DNA from: Planctomycetota bacterium
Lineage (GTDB): Bacteria; Planctomycetota; Phycisphaerae; UBA1845; Fen-1342
Direction of reading: 5' to 3'
DNA length: 22,930 bases
NCBI GenBank assembly: GCA_022574815.1
Contig: JACZRH010000042.1
Location: forward strand, 322-23,251
Position 1 is the first letter of the stretch; each line of letters starts with the position of its first letter. A program made the translations under genes and the position numbers. Below are positions 1 to 9,572 of the stretch, piece after piece. The notes under the pieces were generated by a model that saw only the letters and a list, made by a program, of their open reading frames with translations, searched no databases and was not told where the DNA came from.

Positions 1-980
1 GACTCGGGCGTGTAACCGCGGCGACGCAGACCGGCGAGGGTCGGCAGGCGCGGGTCGTCCCAGCCGCGGACGTGCCCGCCGCCGACCAGCTCGAGCAGTT
101 TGCGCTTGCTCATGACCGTATAGCTGAGATTCAGCCGGCCGAATTCGATTTGTTGCGGGTGCGGGATCGGTGAGCCCCATTCGCTGTCCGGCCCGCGGTC
201 CCGATTGACGGCGTCGATGAACCAGTCGTACAGCGGGCGGTGATTCTCGAACTCGAGCGTGCAGATGCTTTGCGTGACGTTTTCGATCGAGTCCTCCAGC
301 CCGTGCGCCCAGTCGTACATCGGATAGACGCACCAGTCGTTGCCCGTGCGATGGTGCGCCGCGTGCAGGACGCGGTACATGACCGGATCGCGCAGGTTGA
401 GGTTTGGACTCGCCATGTCGATCCGAGCCCGCAGCACCTTGGAGCCGTCGGCGAACTCGCCTTGGCGCATGCGTTCGAACAGCTCGACGTTTTCCTCGAC
501 CGAGCGGTCGCGGAACGGGCTGTTGCGGCCGGGCTTCGTAAGCGTGCCGCGGTTCTCGCGAATCTCGTCGGCGGTCTGATCATCGACGTAGGCCAAGCCC
601 TTGCGGATCAGCTCGACCGCCCAGTCATGGAGTTCCCGAAAATACTCCGAACCATACTTGACGCCGGCGGCCGGGTCGTCGACGCGGACGCCGTCCCAGC
701 GAAAGCCGAGCCAGCGCACGTCCTCGATGATCGCCCGGACGTATTCGTCCTCCTCTTTGACCGGGTTGGTGTCGTCGAAGCGCAGGTTGCACTGGCCGCC
801 GTAACGCTGGGCCAAGCCGAAGTTGAGACAAATGCTCTTGGCGTGGCCGATGTGGAGCAGTCCGTTGGGCTCGGGCGGAAAGCGCGTGTGGACGCGCCCG
901 CCCCATTTGCCGCTGCGGTTGTCATCCTCAATGATCTGCTCGATGAAGTTCAACGAGCGGTTCTCGTCCTTATCGGGCAT
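1..980 (-). CDS. glnS: Glutaminyl-tRNA synthetase, N-terminal ~326 aa (gene runs off the window start)
   Basis: Reverse-strand translation from the ATG at complement 978-980 gives [20 protein letters not shown]...[19 protein letters not shown] (class I HIGH motif)...[14 protein letters not shown]...VMSKRKL (KMSKS-type motif)...[19 protein letters not shown]. This is colinear with E. coli GlnRS. It is missing from the ORF track because there is no in-window stop. Confidence 0.9.
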   Translation of the reverse strand, partial: MPDKDENRSLNFIEQIIEDDNRSGKWGGRVHTRFPPEPNGLLHIGHAKSICLNFGLAQRYGGQCNLRFDDTNPVKEEDEYVRAIIEDVRWLGFRWDGVRVDDPAAGVKYGSEYFRELHDWAVELIRKGLAYVDDQTADEIRENRGTLTKPGRNSPFRDRSVEENVELFERMRQGEFADGSKVLRARIDMASPNLNLRDPVMYRVLHAAHHRTGNDWCVYPMYDWAHGLEDSIENVTQSICTLEFENHRPLYDWFIDAVNRDRGPDSEWGSPIPHPQQIEFGRLNLSYTVMSKRKLLELVGGGHVRGWDDPRLPTLAGLRRRGYTPE

Positions 981-1203
981 CTTCGGGGCTACCTTGGCCC
1001 AATCAGTTACTGGAATCGACCCTGCGAATGATAGGCCGCATGGAGTCCAGTGGCGAACACGCCCACGGGTCGCGCCGCTGGCAACCTGAGGCCGCCTGAG
1101 CAAGCATCCACCTTCTGAACACTCGCGCGGCTTTGCGATCGGGCAAGAAAACCATCGGCGAAGCCCGTTTCCTCGCGTATGATAAACGCAACCTGGAGGT
1201 TTA

Positions 1204-1854
1204 ATGGCCGAGGCGAACGACGCGCGCGAAGTGGAGATGATTCGCGCCGCCATCCGCGGCGACGCCGACGCGTTCGACGCCGTGGTGCGGCACTACTCGG
1301 CTCGGCTGCGCTGGCTTATCCAGTTGCGGCTCTCGCCGGCGATTCGCGCGCGGGTCGGCCCGGATGATGTCCTGCAAGAGACGTTTCTCGTCGTTGCCAA
1401 GCAGCTTAGCTCGCTGGAGATCGACAGCGAAGCCGCGTTCTGGACCTGGCTGTGCCGCGTGGTCGAGCAGCGGCTGATCGACGTGCGCCGCCGCCACGTG
1501 CAGGCCGCCGCCCGCGACGTCCGCCGCGAGCAGCCGATCGGCCCGGCCAACCCGCAGTCGGCCAGCGTGCGGCTCGCCAACGTGCTGATGGACAGCGGCA
1601 CGTCGCCGAGCGGGAAGCTGCGTACCGCCGAGCAGCGTGAGGGCCTGGAGGCCGCGCTGGCCACCTTGCCGGCGTCTTATCGCGAAGTGATCGTGCTGCG
1701 CATTCTGGAGGGTCTGAGCGTCAGCGAGGCGGCCGAGATCATGGGCCGCAGCCCGGGGGCCATCAGTGTCTTGCTGAGCAAGGCAGTTCGCCGACTGGGG
1801 ACGCAAATAATGGCGAATGAACCGAAATCCGAACCGAGGTTCGGCGTTTCCTAG
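1204..1854 (+). CDS. ECF-type RNA polymerase sigma-70 family factor (sigma-24 subfamily)
   Basis: 216 aa. Region 2-like segment ([14 protein letters not shown]) and region 4 HTH ([39 protein letters not shown]). GGAGG-like SD (ctggaggttta) 5 nt before the ATG. Confidence 0.85.
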   Translation: MAEANDAREVEMIRAAIRGDADAFDAVVRHYSARLRWLIQLRLSPAIRARVGPDDVLQETFLVVAKQLSSLEIDSEAAFWTWLCRVVEQRLIDVRRRHVQAAARDVRREQPIGPANPQSASVRLANVLMDSGTSPSGKLRTAEQREGLEAALATLPASYREVIVLRILEGLSVSEAAEIMGRSPGAISVLLSKAVRRLGTQIMANEPKSEPRFGVS

Positions 1855-2036
1855 AGTACGATCGCATGCGCGCGGAATTGGACAGCGAGTGTGTCGTTTG
1901 ACCGCGCCGCTTACTACACCGCGCAAGAAGTGTTGAAATTCGTCAGTCCGAGCGCAGCGCGGAATCTTGCCGGGCTGCGGGCCGGAGGCTTCGCTGCGAA
2001 CAGCGTGACGTTTAATGCTTCGCGCCACAGGTAGAA

Positions 2037-2053
2037 GTCACCCTTCAGGTGAC
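2037..2053. promoter_or_regulatory. Perfect 6-bp inverted repeat GTCACC-N5-GGTGAC between the sigma gene and the kinase gene
   Basis: gtcacc cttca ggtgac read directly from the sequence, about 27 nt upstream of the kinase GTG. Candidate operator, or an RNA hairpin without a T-run. Function unknown. Confidence 0.2.
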
Positions 2054-2079
2054 GGCCGCTGGATAGTCTTGGTGCTCTC

Positions 2080-5000
2080 GTGAAACCCGGATCTTCCGCA
2101 ATTCGCACGACGACATTTTCCGCCACACAGACTGCCGGCGGCGCGGGCGTGTTCGATTCAATCCTGGAGCAGATGCGCCGGGGCGAAACGCCCGACGTGG
2201 AGCGACTGACCGCGCAGAATCCGGAGCTGGCCGACGAGATTCGGCAACTGGTCAAGGTGGTGGCCTTCGTGCAGGGAGCGGCCAACGCGTCCGATCCGTC
2301 GGCGGCGCTCGATGCCCGCGTCGCCGTCTCGCCGAAAAAACCCGTCCTGGGTGATTTCGAGATCGTGCGCGAGATTGCCCGCGGCGGCATGGGCGTGGTC
2401 TACGAGGCCATCCAGCGCTCGCTCGACCGTCGCGTGGCACTCAAGGTCATGCTTCCGGGCATCACCGTTTCGCGCGAGGCCCTGGAACGCTTCTCGCGCG
2501 AGGCCCGCACCGCCGGCGGCTTGCAGCACCAGCACATCGTCCCGGTCTACGCCATCGGCGAAGAGGACGGCGTGCCCTTCTACGCCATGCAGTACATCGA
2601 AGGCGAATCGCTTTCGGACTATCTCAAGAACGTGCGCAGCGAGCAGGGCGCGTTGGACTCCGAGCACTTCCGGCGCGTCGCCGAGTGGGGCGCCCAAGCC
2701 GCCGCGGCGCTGGACTACGCGCACCGTTGCGGCGTCGTGCACCGCGACATCAAGCCTTCCAACATGCTGCTCGACCGCGACGGCGACGTGTGGCTGACCG
2801 ATTTCGGCCTCGCGCGGCGCGACACGAACGTGACCATCACCGTGTCCGGCGACGTACTGGGAACCGTGCGCTACATGTCCCCGGAACAGGCCCGCGGCGG
2901 CTCGGGGCGGATCGACGAGCGTACCGACGTGTACTCGCTCGGTGTCTCACTTTACGAGCTGCTGACGCTGCGCCCGCCTTTCGACGGTCCCGACCGCGAA
3001 TCGACATTGAAACAGGTTTTGCTCGACGAACCCAAGCGGCTGCGCCAGCTCATCAAGGCCCTGCCCAAGCCGCTGGAAACGATTGTCCATCGCGCTCTGG
3101 AGAAGGAACCCGAGCGGCGCTATCCCAGCGCGGCACTGATGGGTGAGGATTTGCGACGCTACCTGAAGGGCGCGCCGCTGCTCACCAAGCCGCCTGGACT
3201 GATCGGGCAGCTCCGCCGAATGGCCGTGCGGCACAAAGCGGCCGCGGCGTTCGTGTCGGCGCTCTTTGCAGTCGTGCTGGGCTTCGGACTGTGGATGAGC
3301 TGGCTCTATGCGGACGCCGAGCGCCTCCGAACCGACGCCGAGCACGAGCGCACCTTGGCCGTTCAGGCGGCGCATAAGAGCGAGCGCATCAACACGTTCT
3401 TTCAGGACATGCTCGCCTCAGCGGACCCGGGCAAGCTCGGGCGTGAGATCACCGTGCTCGAGGCCCTTAACCAAGCGGCGCTCACCGTCGGTGAAGGTCT
3501 GAGCGACGAGCCCGAGCTCGAGGCCGGCCTGCGCCTGGCTGTGGCGCGCACCTATCAAAGCCTCGGTCAGTACCACGAGGCCGAAACGCACGCGCGCCGC
3601 GCCGTCGAACTCAATGAGCGCGTGCGCGGGGCCGATGACGCCCAAACGCTCTTTGCTCGGACCTGTCTGGCCGACGTGTTGCTCGATTTTGGCAAGGCCG
3701 GCGACGCGGAAACGCTCTACCGCTCGATCTACGAAACGTGGCAGCGTTTGGAGGGTGACGAACACGCCGAGACCCTTGGCGCGCACAACCGCCTCGGACG
3801 CGCGTTGGCCGCCCAGGCTCGCCATAGCGAGGCCGAAGTGATCCTGCGCGAATCGGTGGAGGGTCTGCGGCGCGTGCTGGGGCCGGAACACGCCAACACG
3901 GTGGCCGCAATGGGCAGTCTCGCGAATCTGCTCGTGGAATTACACAAGGTGGACGAAGGCGAGGCGCTGCTGAACGAGGTGCTGGCGATTGAGCGCGGCC
4001 GGTACGGAGAAGACCACCCCGCCCCGCTCGCCGCCTTGCGCGAGTTGGCCCATTTCTACCGTGCGCAGGGGCGGCTCGACGAGGCCGAGGCGACCGCGCG
4101 GCGGGTATTCGAAATCTCGACGCGCGTGCTCGGCGAGGAGCACCGGGACACGCTCAGCGCGTCGAACCTGCTGGCACTGCTGTTGCGCGACCTGGGTAAT
4201 CTGCACGACGTCGAACCGATCTACCGCAGAATCATCGAGGTGCTCGAGCGCACGCTCGGCGAAGATCACCCCCACACGCAGGCCACCTGGAACAACCTCG
4301 CGTCGCTGCTTCAGGATCTCGGCCGCTACGACGAAGCCGAGGAAATCCTCAAGCGCTTGATCAAGGCCCGCTCCGAACGGTACGGCGAGGATCATCCCTC
4401 CACGATCACTTCGATCAACAACCTGGGCACTCTCTACCAGGAGCAGCGCCGGCTGGACGAGGCCGAGACGATGCTCCGCCAAGCGGTCGAGGCGACGCGA
4501 AGCCACTACGGGGCCGATCATCCCCGCCTGCTGACCACGCTCTCCAATCTCGCGCTGCTGCTCGCGAGTCGGGAGAAGTTCGACGAGGCCGAACCGCTCA
4601 TGCAAGCTGTCCTGCAAACCAAGCGGCGCGTGCTCGGCGCCGAACACCCCAGCACGCTGGCGACGCTGTTCAATCTGGCCTCGCTCTGCTATGACCGCGG
4701 CGAGCTGCAACGCTCCGAAACGCTCTCGCGCGAGGCCCTGGCCGGCTGCGAAAGAACGCTCGGGCTCGAACACCCGAACACCATCCTGGCCATGCACCAT
4801 CTCGGATCTACGCTCGCCGAACAAGGAAAGTACGAAGAGGCTGAGACGTTCATTCGTCGCGCACTGCAGCTTCAAATCAAGACGGTCGGCGAGAACCACC
4901 CGTTCACTCTGGTCTTTCGGTCGGACCTCGGGCGGACGCTCTTTCGTCTCGGCCGGTTCACGGAAGCCGAGCAACTGTTTCGCTCCGTGCTCGAGCAGGG

Positions 5001-5268
5001 CCGAACCGACTCGCGCACCGGCGACTGGCAAGTGGCCTGGTTCCGCTTGTGGCTCGGGCGCTGCGTCGCCGCCCAAGGCCGCTACGAGGAGGCCGAAGCA
5101 GCCATCGTCGATGGATATCAGGCGCTCAAAGCCGAGCTGGGTGAAGAACACCGGCACACGCGCGAGGCCCTGGCGGCGGTCGTGCGACTCTATGAAGCGT
5201 GGGGCAAGGCGGACCGCGCCGCCGAGTTCCGCGCGGCCCTCCAAGCCCTTCCCGACAACAAGAAATGA
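2080..5268 (+). CDS. Membrane Ser/Thr protein kinase with a C-terminal TPR (kinesin-light-chain-like, TPR_10/TPR_12) array
   Basis: Hanks kinase motifs: GDFEIVREIARGGMGVVYEA (Gly loop), ALKVM (VAIK Lys), HRDIKPSNMLLD (catalytic loop), DFGLAR (DFG), SPEQ (APE-like). A single TM helix (AAAAFVSALFAVVLGFGLWMSWLY) follows. About 14 TPR units then carry recurring ...LG.EHP.TL....NLA.L.....Y.EAE.L... motifs. The ORF-track start at 2080 is GTG. An in-frame ATG at 2173 with GGAG 5 nt upstream is an alternative start. Confidence 0.88.
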   Translation: MKPGSSAIRTTTFSATQTAGGAGVFDSILEQMRRGETPDVERLTAQNPELADEIRQLVKVVAFVQGAANASDPSAALDARVAVSPKKPVLGDFEIVREIARGGMGVVYEAIQRSLDRRVALKVMLPGITVSREALERFSREARTAGGLQHQHIVPVYAIGEEDGVPFYAMQYIEGESLSDYLKNVRSEQGALDSEHFRRVAEWGAQAAAALDYAHRCGVVHRDIKPSNMLLDRDGDVWLTDFGLARRDTNVTITVSGDVLGTVRYMSPEQARGGSGRIDERTDVYSLGVSLYELLTLRPPFDGPDRESTLKQVLLDEPKRLRQLIKALPKPLETIVHRALEKEPERRYPSAALMGEDLRRYLKGAPLLTKPPGLIGQLRRMAVRHKAAAAFVSALFAVVLGFGLWMSWLYADAERLRTDAEHERTLAVQAAHKSERINTFFQDMLASADPGKLGREITVLEALNQAALTVGEGLSDEPELEAGLRLAVARTYQSLGQYHEAETHARRAVELNERVRGADDAQTLFARTCLADVLLDFGKAGDAETLYRSIYETWQRLEGDEHAETLGAHNRLGRALAAQARHSEAEVILRESVEGLRRVLGPEHANTVAAMGSLANLLVELHKVDEGEALLNEVLAIERGRYGEDHPAPLAALRELAHFYRAQGRLDEAEATARRVFEISTRVLGEEHRDTLSASNLLALLLRDLGNLHDVEPIYRRIIEVLERTLGEDHPHTQATWNNLASLLQDLGRYDEAEEILKRLIKARSERYGEDHPSTITSINNLGTLYQEQRRLDEAETMLRQAVEATRSHYGADHPRLLTTLSNLALLLASREKFDEAEPLMQAVLQTKRRVLGAEHPSTLATLFNLASLCYDRGELQRSETLSREALAGCERTLGLEHPNTILAMHHLGSTLAEQGKYEEAETFIRRALQLQIKTVGENHPFTLVFRSDLGRTLFRLGRFTEAEQLFRSVLEQGRTDSRTGDWQVAWFRLWLGRCVAAQGRYEEAEAAIVDGYQALKAELGEEHRHTREALAAVVRLYEAWGKADRAAEFRAALQALPDNKK

Positions 5269-5275
5269 GCGCCGG

Positions 5276-7573
5276 TCAGGGCCCGTTCCGCCACCAAGAG
5301 ATGCGGTCACTGGGGTTGCGCGCGTACGTCGCCGTGATCAGGTCGGCACCATTGGCGCCGTCGAGATTGGCGGCGGCAACGTCGCTCAAACCATCGTAGC
5401 CGCTGGCAACCGTTTCGGGCGCCCATCCGCCGCCGGGCAGTCGCGAATAAAGCAGCAGCTCGGCGGCCTCGTTCGAGGCCACCGCGATGTCGGTCAGCCC
5501 GTCGCCGGTGAAATCGTCGGCCGCGACGCGCGCGAAGAGCCCGTTGAAGGCGGCGTCAATCGTGCCGAGCGTCCAGGCGGCGTTCGGATTCGTGCCGGGG
5601 TCGTAGCTCGCGAGTCCCACGCTGTAGTCGGGCGTGGTCACCACTAGCTCGAGCTCGGCGTCCTGGTCGAGGTTCACCAACTCGATGTCGTAGGGCAGCA
5701 TCGGCGTCGCGATCACTTGCTTTTGAAAGGTCGCGTCGCCGCCGGCCCGCACCGTCCGGTACCAGGCGATCTCGCTTCCGAGCCGGCCGAGGGCCAGCAG
5801 GTCTTGGATACCGTCGCCGTCGACATCATGGCGGAGGATCTTCTCGACGCCGCGCAAGTTGGCGTCGATGGCGATGGGTGGACTCCACTCCACGCCGAAG
5901 GACATGTTACGGATCCAATACAGCCCGTTGCCGAGTGTGTTGCCGTTGTCTTCGACCTCGAGGGCGCCGACGACGATGTCGGCGAATCCGTTGCCGGTCA
6001 GGTCAAGACACTCGATCGAGCGCGCTCCCCAAATGCTGAAGCGCGGGAAGGTAACCTGGTGCGTCGTCCACGTTCCGGTCGCTACGCCGGGGTTCTCGTA
6101 CCACACGACCTCGCCGGCCGAGGAAAAGCCCACATTGCGGTCGAAGAGCCCGACCGCGGCGATGTCCGGATCGCCGTCGTTGTCGATGTCCCCCACGCAT
6201 ACGTCCATGGCGACGATCGCACCGATGCCGGAGACCTCGACCGTGGTCCAGTTCCGGCCCGCGCCGTTGTTGACATAGAGCCTGACGGCGTCGGTGAGGC
6301 TCAGGGCGGCGACGATGTCGATGTCGCCGTCGTTGTCGATGTCGATGGGTTCGACGTTCTGCCCGTGCATGCCCTGGCCGTCGATGAGCTGCTCGGTGAA
6401 TCCGCCCGGGCCGCCGCCATTCGGATCCGGATCGGGGTCCGGGTCGGGATCGGGATCGGGATCGGGGTCCGGATCAGGATCCCGCAACTGCGTGACCGCG
6501 ACGATCATGGTGTCGGTCGCCGAGCGCTCCGACAAATCGTCGTAGACCTCGAGTTGCATCGTAAAGATCGTCCGCAGCGTCACGTCGGGCGCCGTGAACG
6601 TCGGACGGACCGGATCGCTCAGGTCGAGCTGAAGCACCGGCGTGGCCGGCTCGAGCTGCGTCCAGGTATACGTCAATTGGCCGCCCGACGGGACGCGGCT
6701 CCCCGAACCGTCGAGCGTCACCAGCTCGCCCGCCATGGGATTGTGCTGGTCCGGACCGGCGTCCGCGATCGGCGGCGGAATGTAGCCCTGGGGCCGAACC
6801 TCGACCTCCATCCAGTCGTTGCTGGATTTCACGCCGTCCTCGGTTTCGCCGTAGACGAGCAGCAAGAAGCGGAAAGTCACCGGATTCTCGCCGACCTCGG
6901 GCGCCTCGAAGGTAGCGACGGGCGCGCTGGCGTCGTCGAACTCGACCATGAGGACCTCGGGCAACGGGATTTGCTGCCAGAGGTATTCGGTGATCTCGCC
7001 GTCGAAGTAGTGGTAGCTGGCGGTCGCGTCGAGCGAAACGACGTCGCCGGCGGTAACGATCAGGTCGGGGCCGGCATCGGCGATGGGGCCGCTGGCCTCG
7101 ACCGTCAGCACCGCGAAGCTCACGTCCGAGTTTCCTTGGTTGTCGCGCACGGTCTGGGCGAATGTGTACCGCACGGCGCTGCGAACAAAGGGCGCGACAA
7201 ACTCGGGTGCGGCCGAGTTCGGCTCTTCGAGTACGACGTCGGGCATCTGCTCCCGAGTCAAACGCTGGTACACCGACACCTTGCCGGTCATGCCCCACTC
7301 ATGGGTAATCGGATCGCCTTCGGGGTCGCTGCTGGCCGAGCCGTCCAGAGTGACGGTCTCCCCGCCGAGAAACACAGTCCGTTCGATTTGACTCCGCGCC
7401 TGCGGCGGTTGATTGCCCGGCTCTTCCTCGCCGGTTGGCTCCGGATCCGGATCGTAGAACGGCGGGAGCACGATTTCTTCGGTGTCGTCGAGTCCGATAC
7501 AGCCCGCGCAGCTCGTTAGCATCGCCGCGCCGGTCAGTGCCAGTGTCGCAATTCTCGTCGTGCATCCGGTCAT
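5276..7573 (-). CDS. Lipoprotein with three PKD-like domains, a (PD)10 linker and an FG-GAP/VCBS beta-propeller (integrin-alpha-like)
   Basis: The track ORF is 5276..7678. A start at MTGCTTRIATLALTGAAMLTSCAGC (ATG at complement 7571-7573) is preferred: GGAGAG sits 6 nt upstream and the signal peptide plus Cys match a lipobox-like site. PKD-like cores: VTLDGSASSDPEGDPITHEW, VSLDATASYHYFDGEITEYLW, VTLDGSGSRVPSGGQLTYTW. Then PDPDPDPDPDPDPDPDPDPN. Then FG-GAP-like Ca-binding loops: DIDNDGDIDIV, GDIDNDGDPDIAAV, DVDGDGIQDLLAL, DDFTGDGLTDIAV, NLDGANGADLITA. Confidence 0.8.
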   Translation of the reverse strand: MTGCTTRIATLALTGAAMLTSCAGCIGLDDTEEIVLPPFYDPDPEPTGEEEPGNQPPQARSQIERTVFLGGETVTLDGSASSDPEGDPITHEWGMTGKVSVYQRLTREQMPDVVLEEPNSAAPEFVAPFVRSAVRYTFAQTVRDNQGNSDVSFAVLTVEASGPIADAGPDLIVTAGDVVSLDATASYHYFDGEITEYLWQQIPLPEVLMVEFDDASAPVATFEAPEVGENPVTFRFLLLVYGETEDGVKSSNDWMEVEVRPQGYIPPPIADAGPDQHNPMAGELVTLDGSGSRVPSGGQLTYTWTQLEPATPVLQLDLSDPVRPTFTAPDVTLRTIFTMQLEVYDDLSERSATDTMIVAVTQLRDPDPDPDPDPDPDPDPDPDPNGGGPGGFTEQLIDGQGMHGQNVEPIDIDNDGDIDIVAALSLTDAVRLYVNNGAGRNWTTVEVSGIGAIVAMDVCVGDIDNDGDPDIAAVGLFDRNVGFSSAGEVVWYENPGVATGTWTTHQVTFPRFSIWGARSIECLDLTGNGFADIVVGALEVEDNGNTLGNGLYWIRNMSFGVEWSPPIAIDANLRGVEKILRHDVDGDGIQDLLALGRLGSEIAWYRTVRAGGDATFQKQVIATPMLPYDIELVNLDQDAELELVVTTPDYSVGLASYDPGTNPNAAWTLGTIDAAFNGLFARVAADDFTGDGLTDIAVASNEAAELLLYSRLPGGGWAPETVASGYDGLSDVAAANLDGANGADLITATYARNPSDRISWWRNGP
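6422..6481. repeat. Hexanucleotide microsatellite (GGRTCN)x10 encoding the (Pro-Asp)10 linker
   Basis: ggatcc ggatcg gggtcc gggtcg ggatcg ggatcg ggatcg gggtcc ggatca ggatcc. The reverse frame reads (DP)n inside the lipoprotein CDS. Confidence 0.85.
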
Positions 7574-7825
7574 TCGAACTCTCCGGTCGATCCGAGGTCT
7601 CCAGGGCCAATCGCTTGCCCATACGGGAAAGAAACGTCGGTGCGCCCGCTGGCTTAACCCGATGCCCGGATCGATCACGGAGCGTCAGCCCCGGCCGCGC
7701 CCCCCGGACGCTGGAGCCGCGAGGTTTGTTGGGGTAGGGTGCCGAGTCGCAGCGCACGTCACCGAATCGGATGGGCCGAGTGACGACGACGCGGGCGCAC
7801 CCGCCAGACGTCTGGAGAAGAACCG

Positions 7826-8443
7826 ATGGAATTCGAGAAGCTCGTGGCCGAGCGGCGCTCGGTGAGTCGTTTTGACCCCGGTCATTCGATCAGTGACGCC
7901 GAGTTAAAGTCGCTGTTCGAGCAGGTCGTGCTCTCGCCGTCCTCATTCAACCTGCAACATTGGCGGTTCGTGGTCGTGCGTGACGCCGAGAACAAGGCGA
8001 AGCTGCGCAAAGCCGCGCTGGGCCAAGCGCAGGTCGAGCAGGCCTCCGCGACGATCGTCGTGATCGGCAAGCTCGACGCGCACACGGATGCGGCGACGCT
8101 CTACGCCGACACACCGCCCGAGGTGCGTGACAACCTCGTCCCGATGATCGAGCAATTCTACGCCGACAAGCCGCAATTGCAGCGCGACGAGGCGGTTCGC
8201 AGCGTTTCGCTGGCGGCGATGACGCTGATGTACGCGGCCCGCGACATGGGCTACGCCACCGGCCCGCTGATCGGGTTCGACCCGCAGGCGGTCAGCGACC
8301 TGATCGGTCTCGACGGGAACCACATTCCGGTCCTGCTGATCGCGATCGGCAAACAGGTCGGCGACCTGCGTCCCCGCTCGGCGCGTCTGCCGGTCAGCGA
8401 AGTCGTGCGGCTCGAGACGATGAGCGGCCCGGGGCCGACCTGA
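7826..8443 (+). CDS. Nitroreductase-family NAD(P)H oxidoreductase
   Basis: 205 aa. N-terminal RRSVSRFDPGHSISDAELKSLFEQVVLSPSSFNLQHWRFVVV, typical of the nitroreductase fold. GGAGAAG SD before the ATG. Confidence 0.85.
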   Translation: MEFEKLVAERRSVSRFDPGHSISDAELKSLFEQVVLSPSSFNLQHWRFVVVRDAENKAKLRKAALGQAQVEQASATIVVIGKLDAHTDAATLYADTPPEVRDNLVPMIEQFYADKPQLQRDEAVRSVSLAAMTLMYAARDMGYATGPLIGFDPQAVSDLIGLDGNHIPVLLIAIGKQVGDLRPRSARLPVSEVVRLETMSGPGPT

Positions 8444-8586
8444 AGCGCGCAACGCTTTCCAGATCCAACGTTTCTTGCGAACGACAAATTCATACGCGGA
8501 TGGCGGCCGCGCACGCGTGCCTCTGCGTATCGCCTGCAAACTGCCGATTTCCTGCCGAGCTGCGCAAGTTCTGCGAGCCAGCCACC

Positions 8587-8613
8587 GAACCCTGAACCCC
8601 GAACCCTGAATCC
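8587..8613. repeat. Short tandem heptamer repeat (GAACCCY)x~4 in a 440-bp intergenic region
   Basis: gaaccct gaacccc gaaccct gaatcc, read directly from the sequence. No coding context. Confidence 0.4.
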
Positions 8614-8882
8614 TTGCGTTGCGCCCCGGGGCGGCGCTCGACGGCAGCCGATTCTGGGAGGTTATGAACGGCCGCGCGGTTTGTAATAGCGGCTTGCTCG
8701 GGCATCGGTTAGGCTATTCGTAGAAGGACCGCGGGCGTGGCATGAACCTGCGTTAAGCGCGTGCTGGGCAGCGACGCACCGCCGTTGCCGACGAAACACT
8801 CGCCGGCGCTACGGCAGTGTTCCCCGATCGCCCGAATTTGCAGCGCGGTCCTCGCTGATCTGGCGCAAGCTGGAGGTGTGCA

Positions 8883-9554
8883 ATGATTGAGCTCCTGGCT
8901 GTCCCACTAATTCTCGCGGCCTCGTTGCTCGCGACGATGACCACGATCTATTGGATCTGCGCGATTCTCGGCGGCGGGTTGCTGGTGATCTCGACGATGA
9001 CGGGCGGAGACGCGGACGTCGGCGGCCACGTGGACGCTGACTTTGACGTGGACGTCGACGCGGGTGACGTGTCGATCGAGCACGCCGGCCACCTCGACGC
9101 CGCAAGTGCCGGCGCCATGTCGCTTTCGGCGTGGCTTTCGATGCGGTTCGTCGTGTTCTTCATGGCGGTGTTCGGCATCGTCGGCTTGGGGTTGACGTAT
9201 CTGACCGAGAGCGGCGTGAGTGCCGGTCTGACGCTGGGCATCGCGCTGGTCGCGGGGGTCTGCGTCGGGCAAATCGTTCATCAGCTCGTGCGTGCGGTGC
9301 AGAGAAACTCCGGCGACAGCACGCCGCGCCCGCAGGACTACGTGAACAAACTGGCGCGGGTGAACATCGCGTTCAGCGCGCCGGACAAAGGGGAAGTGGC
9401 CTTGCAGGTGCGCGGGACCAAGCGCTATGTGCCTGCGGTGGCGAAACGCTCCGAAGCGGCGTTTGCCCGCGGCGACGACGTGGTGGTCGTCAGCTACCGC
9501 GGCGGCGTGGCGGAGGTGGTTTCACGAGAAGATTTCGAACAGTTGCACGGATAA
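8883..9554 (+). CDS. NfeD-like (YqiJ-type) membrane protein, partner of flotillin
   Basis: 223 aa. Two hydrophobic segments. An acidic DADVGGHVDADFDVDVDAGDV stretch. A C-terminal soluble OB-like region (VRGTKRYVPAV...DDVVVVSYRGGVAEVV). GGAGGTG SD. Lies directly upstream of an SPFH/flotillin gene with a 18-nt gap, which is the canonical NfeD-SPFH operon arrangement. Confidence 0.7.
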   Translation: MIELLAVPLILAASLLATMTTIYWICAILGGGLLVISTMTGGDADVGGHVDADFDVDVDAGDVSIEHAGHLDAASAGAMSLSAWLSMRFVVFFMAVFGIVGLGLTYLTESGVSAGLTLGIALVAGVCVGQIVHQLVRAVQRNSGDSTPRPQDYVNKLARVNIAFSAPDKGEVALQVRGTKRYVPAVAKRSEAAFARGDDVVVVSYRGGVAEVVSREDFEQLHG

Positions 9555-9572
9555 CGTCCAGGGAGGTTTCGA

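Noticed and set aside
1140-1203. ECF-type autoregulatory promoter upstream of the first sigma gene (AAC…CGTTT)
   Set aside because: Spacing between the candidate -35 AAC and the -10 CGT is about 13 nt, too short for typical ECF promoters. Not reported as a feature.
3940-5310. 456-aa minus-strand ORF
   Set aside because: Lies fully inside the kinase/TPR CDS on the opposite strand. Composition typical of antisense GC-rich frames.
6422-6481. Possible CRISPR or other non-coding repeat array
   Set aside because: The units are 6 nt with no spacers. They lie in-frame inside a CDS and encode a PD dipeptide repeat. Not a CRISPR.
5717-7519. 600-aa plus-strand ORF
   Set aside because: It is antisense to the PKD/FG-GAP lipoprotein gene. 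It is Arg/Gly/Val-rich, as expected from reading GC-rich coding DNA backwards, with no motifs. A high-GC artefact.
8587-8613. Heptamer tandem repeat as a telomere-like or origin element
   Set aside because: Only about 4 units, with no supporting context. Kept as a minor repeat feature only.
8617-8640. GC-rich hairpin gcgccccggggcggcgc as a terminator for the nitroreductase gene
   Set aside because: It lies about 170 bp downstream of the stop and has no T-tract. In 68% GC DNA such palindromes arise by chance.
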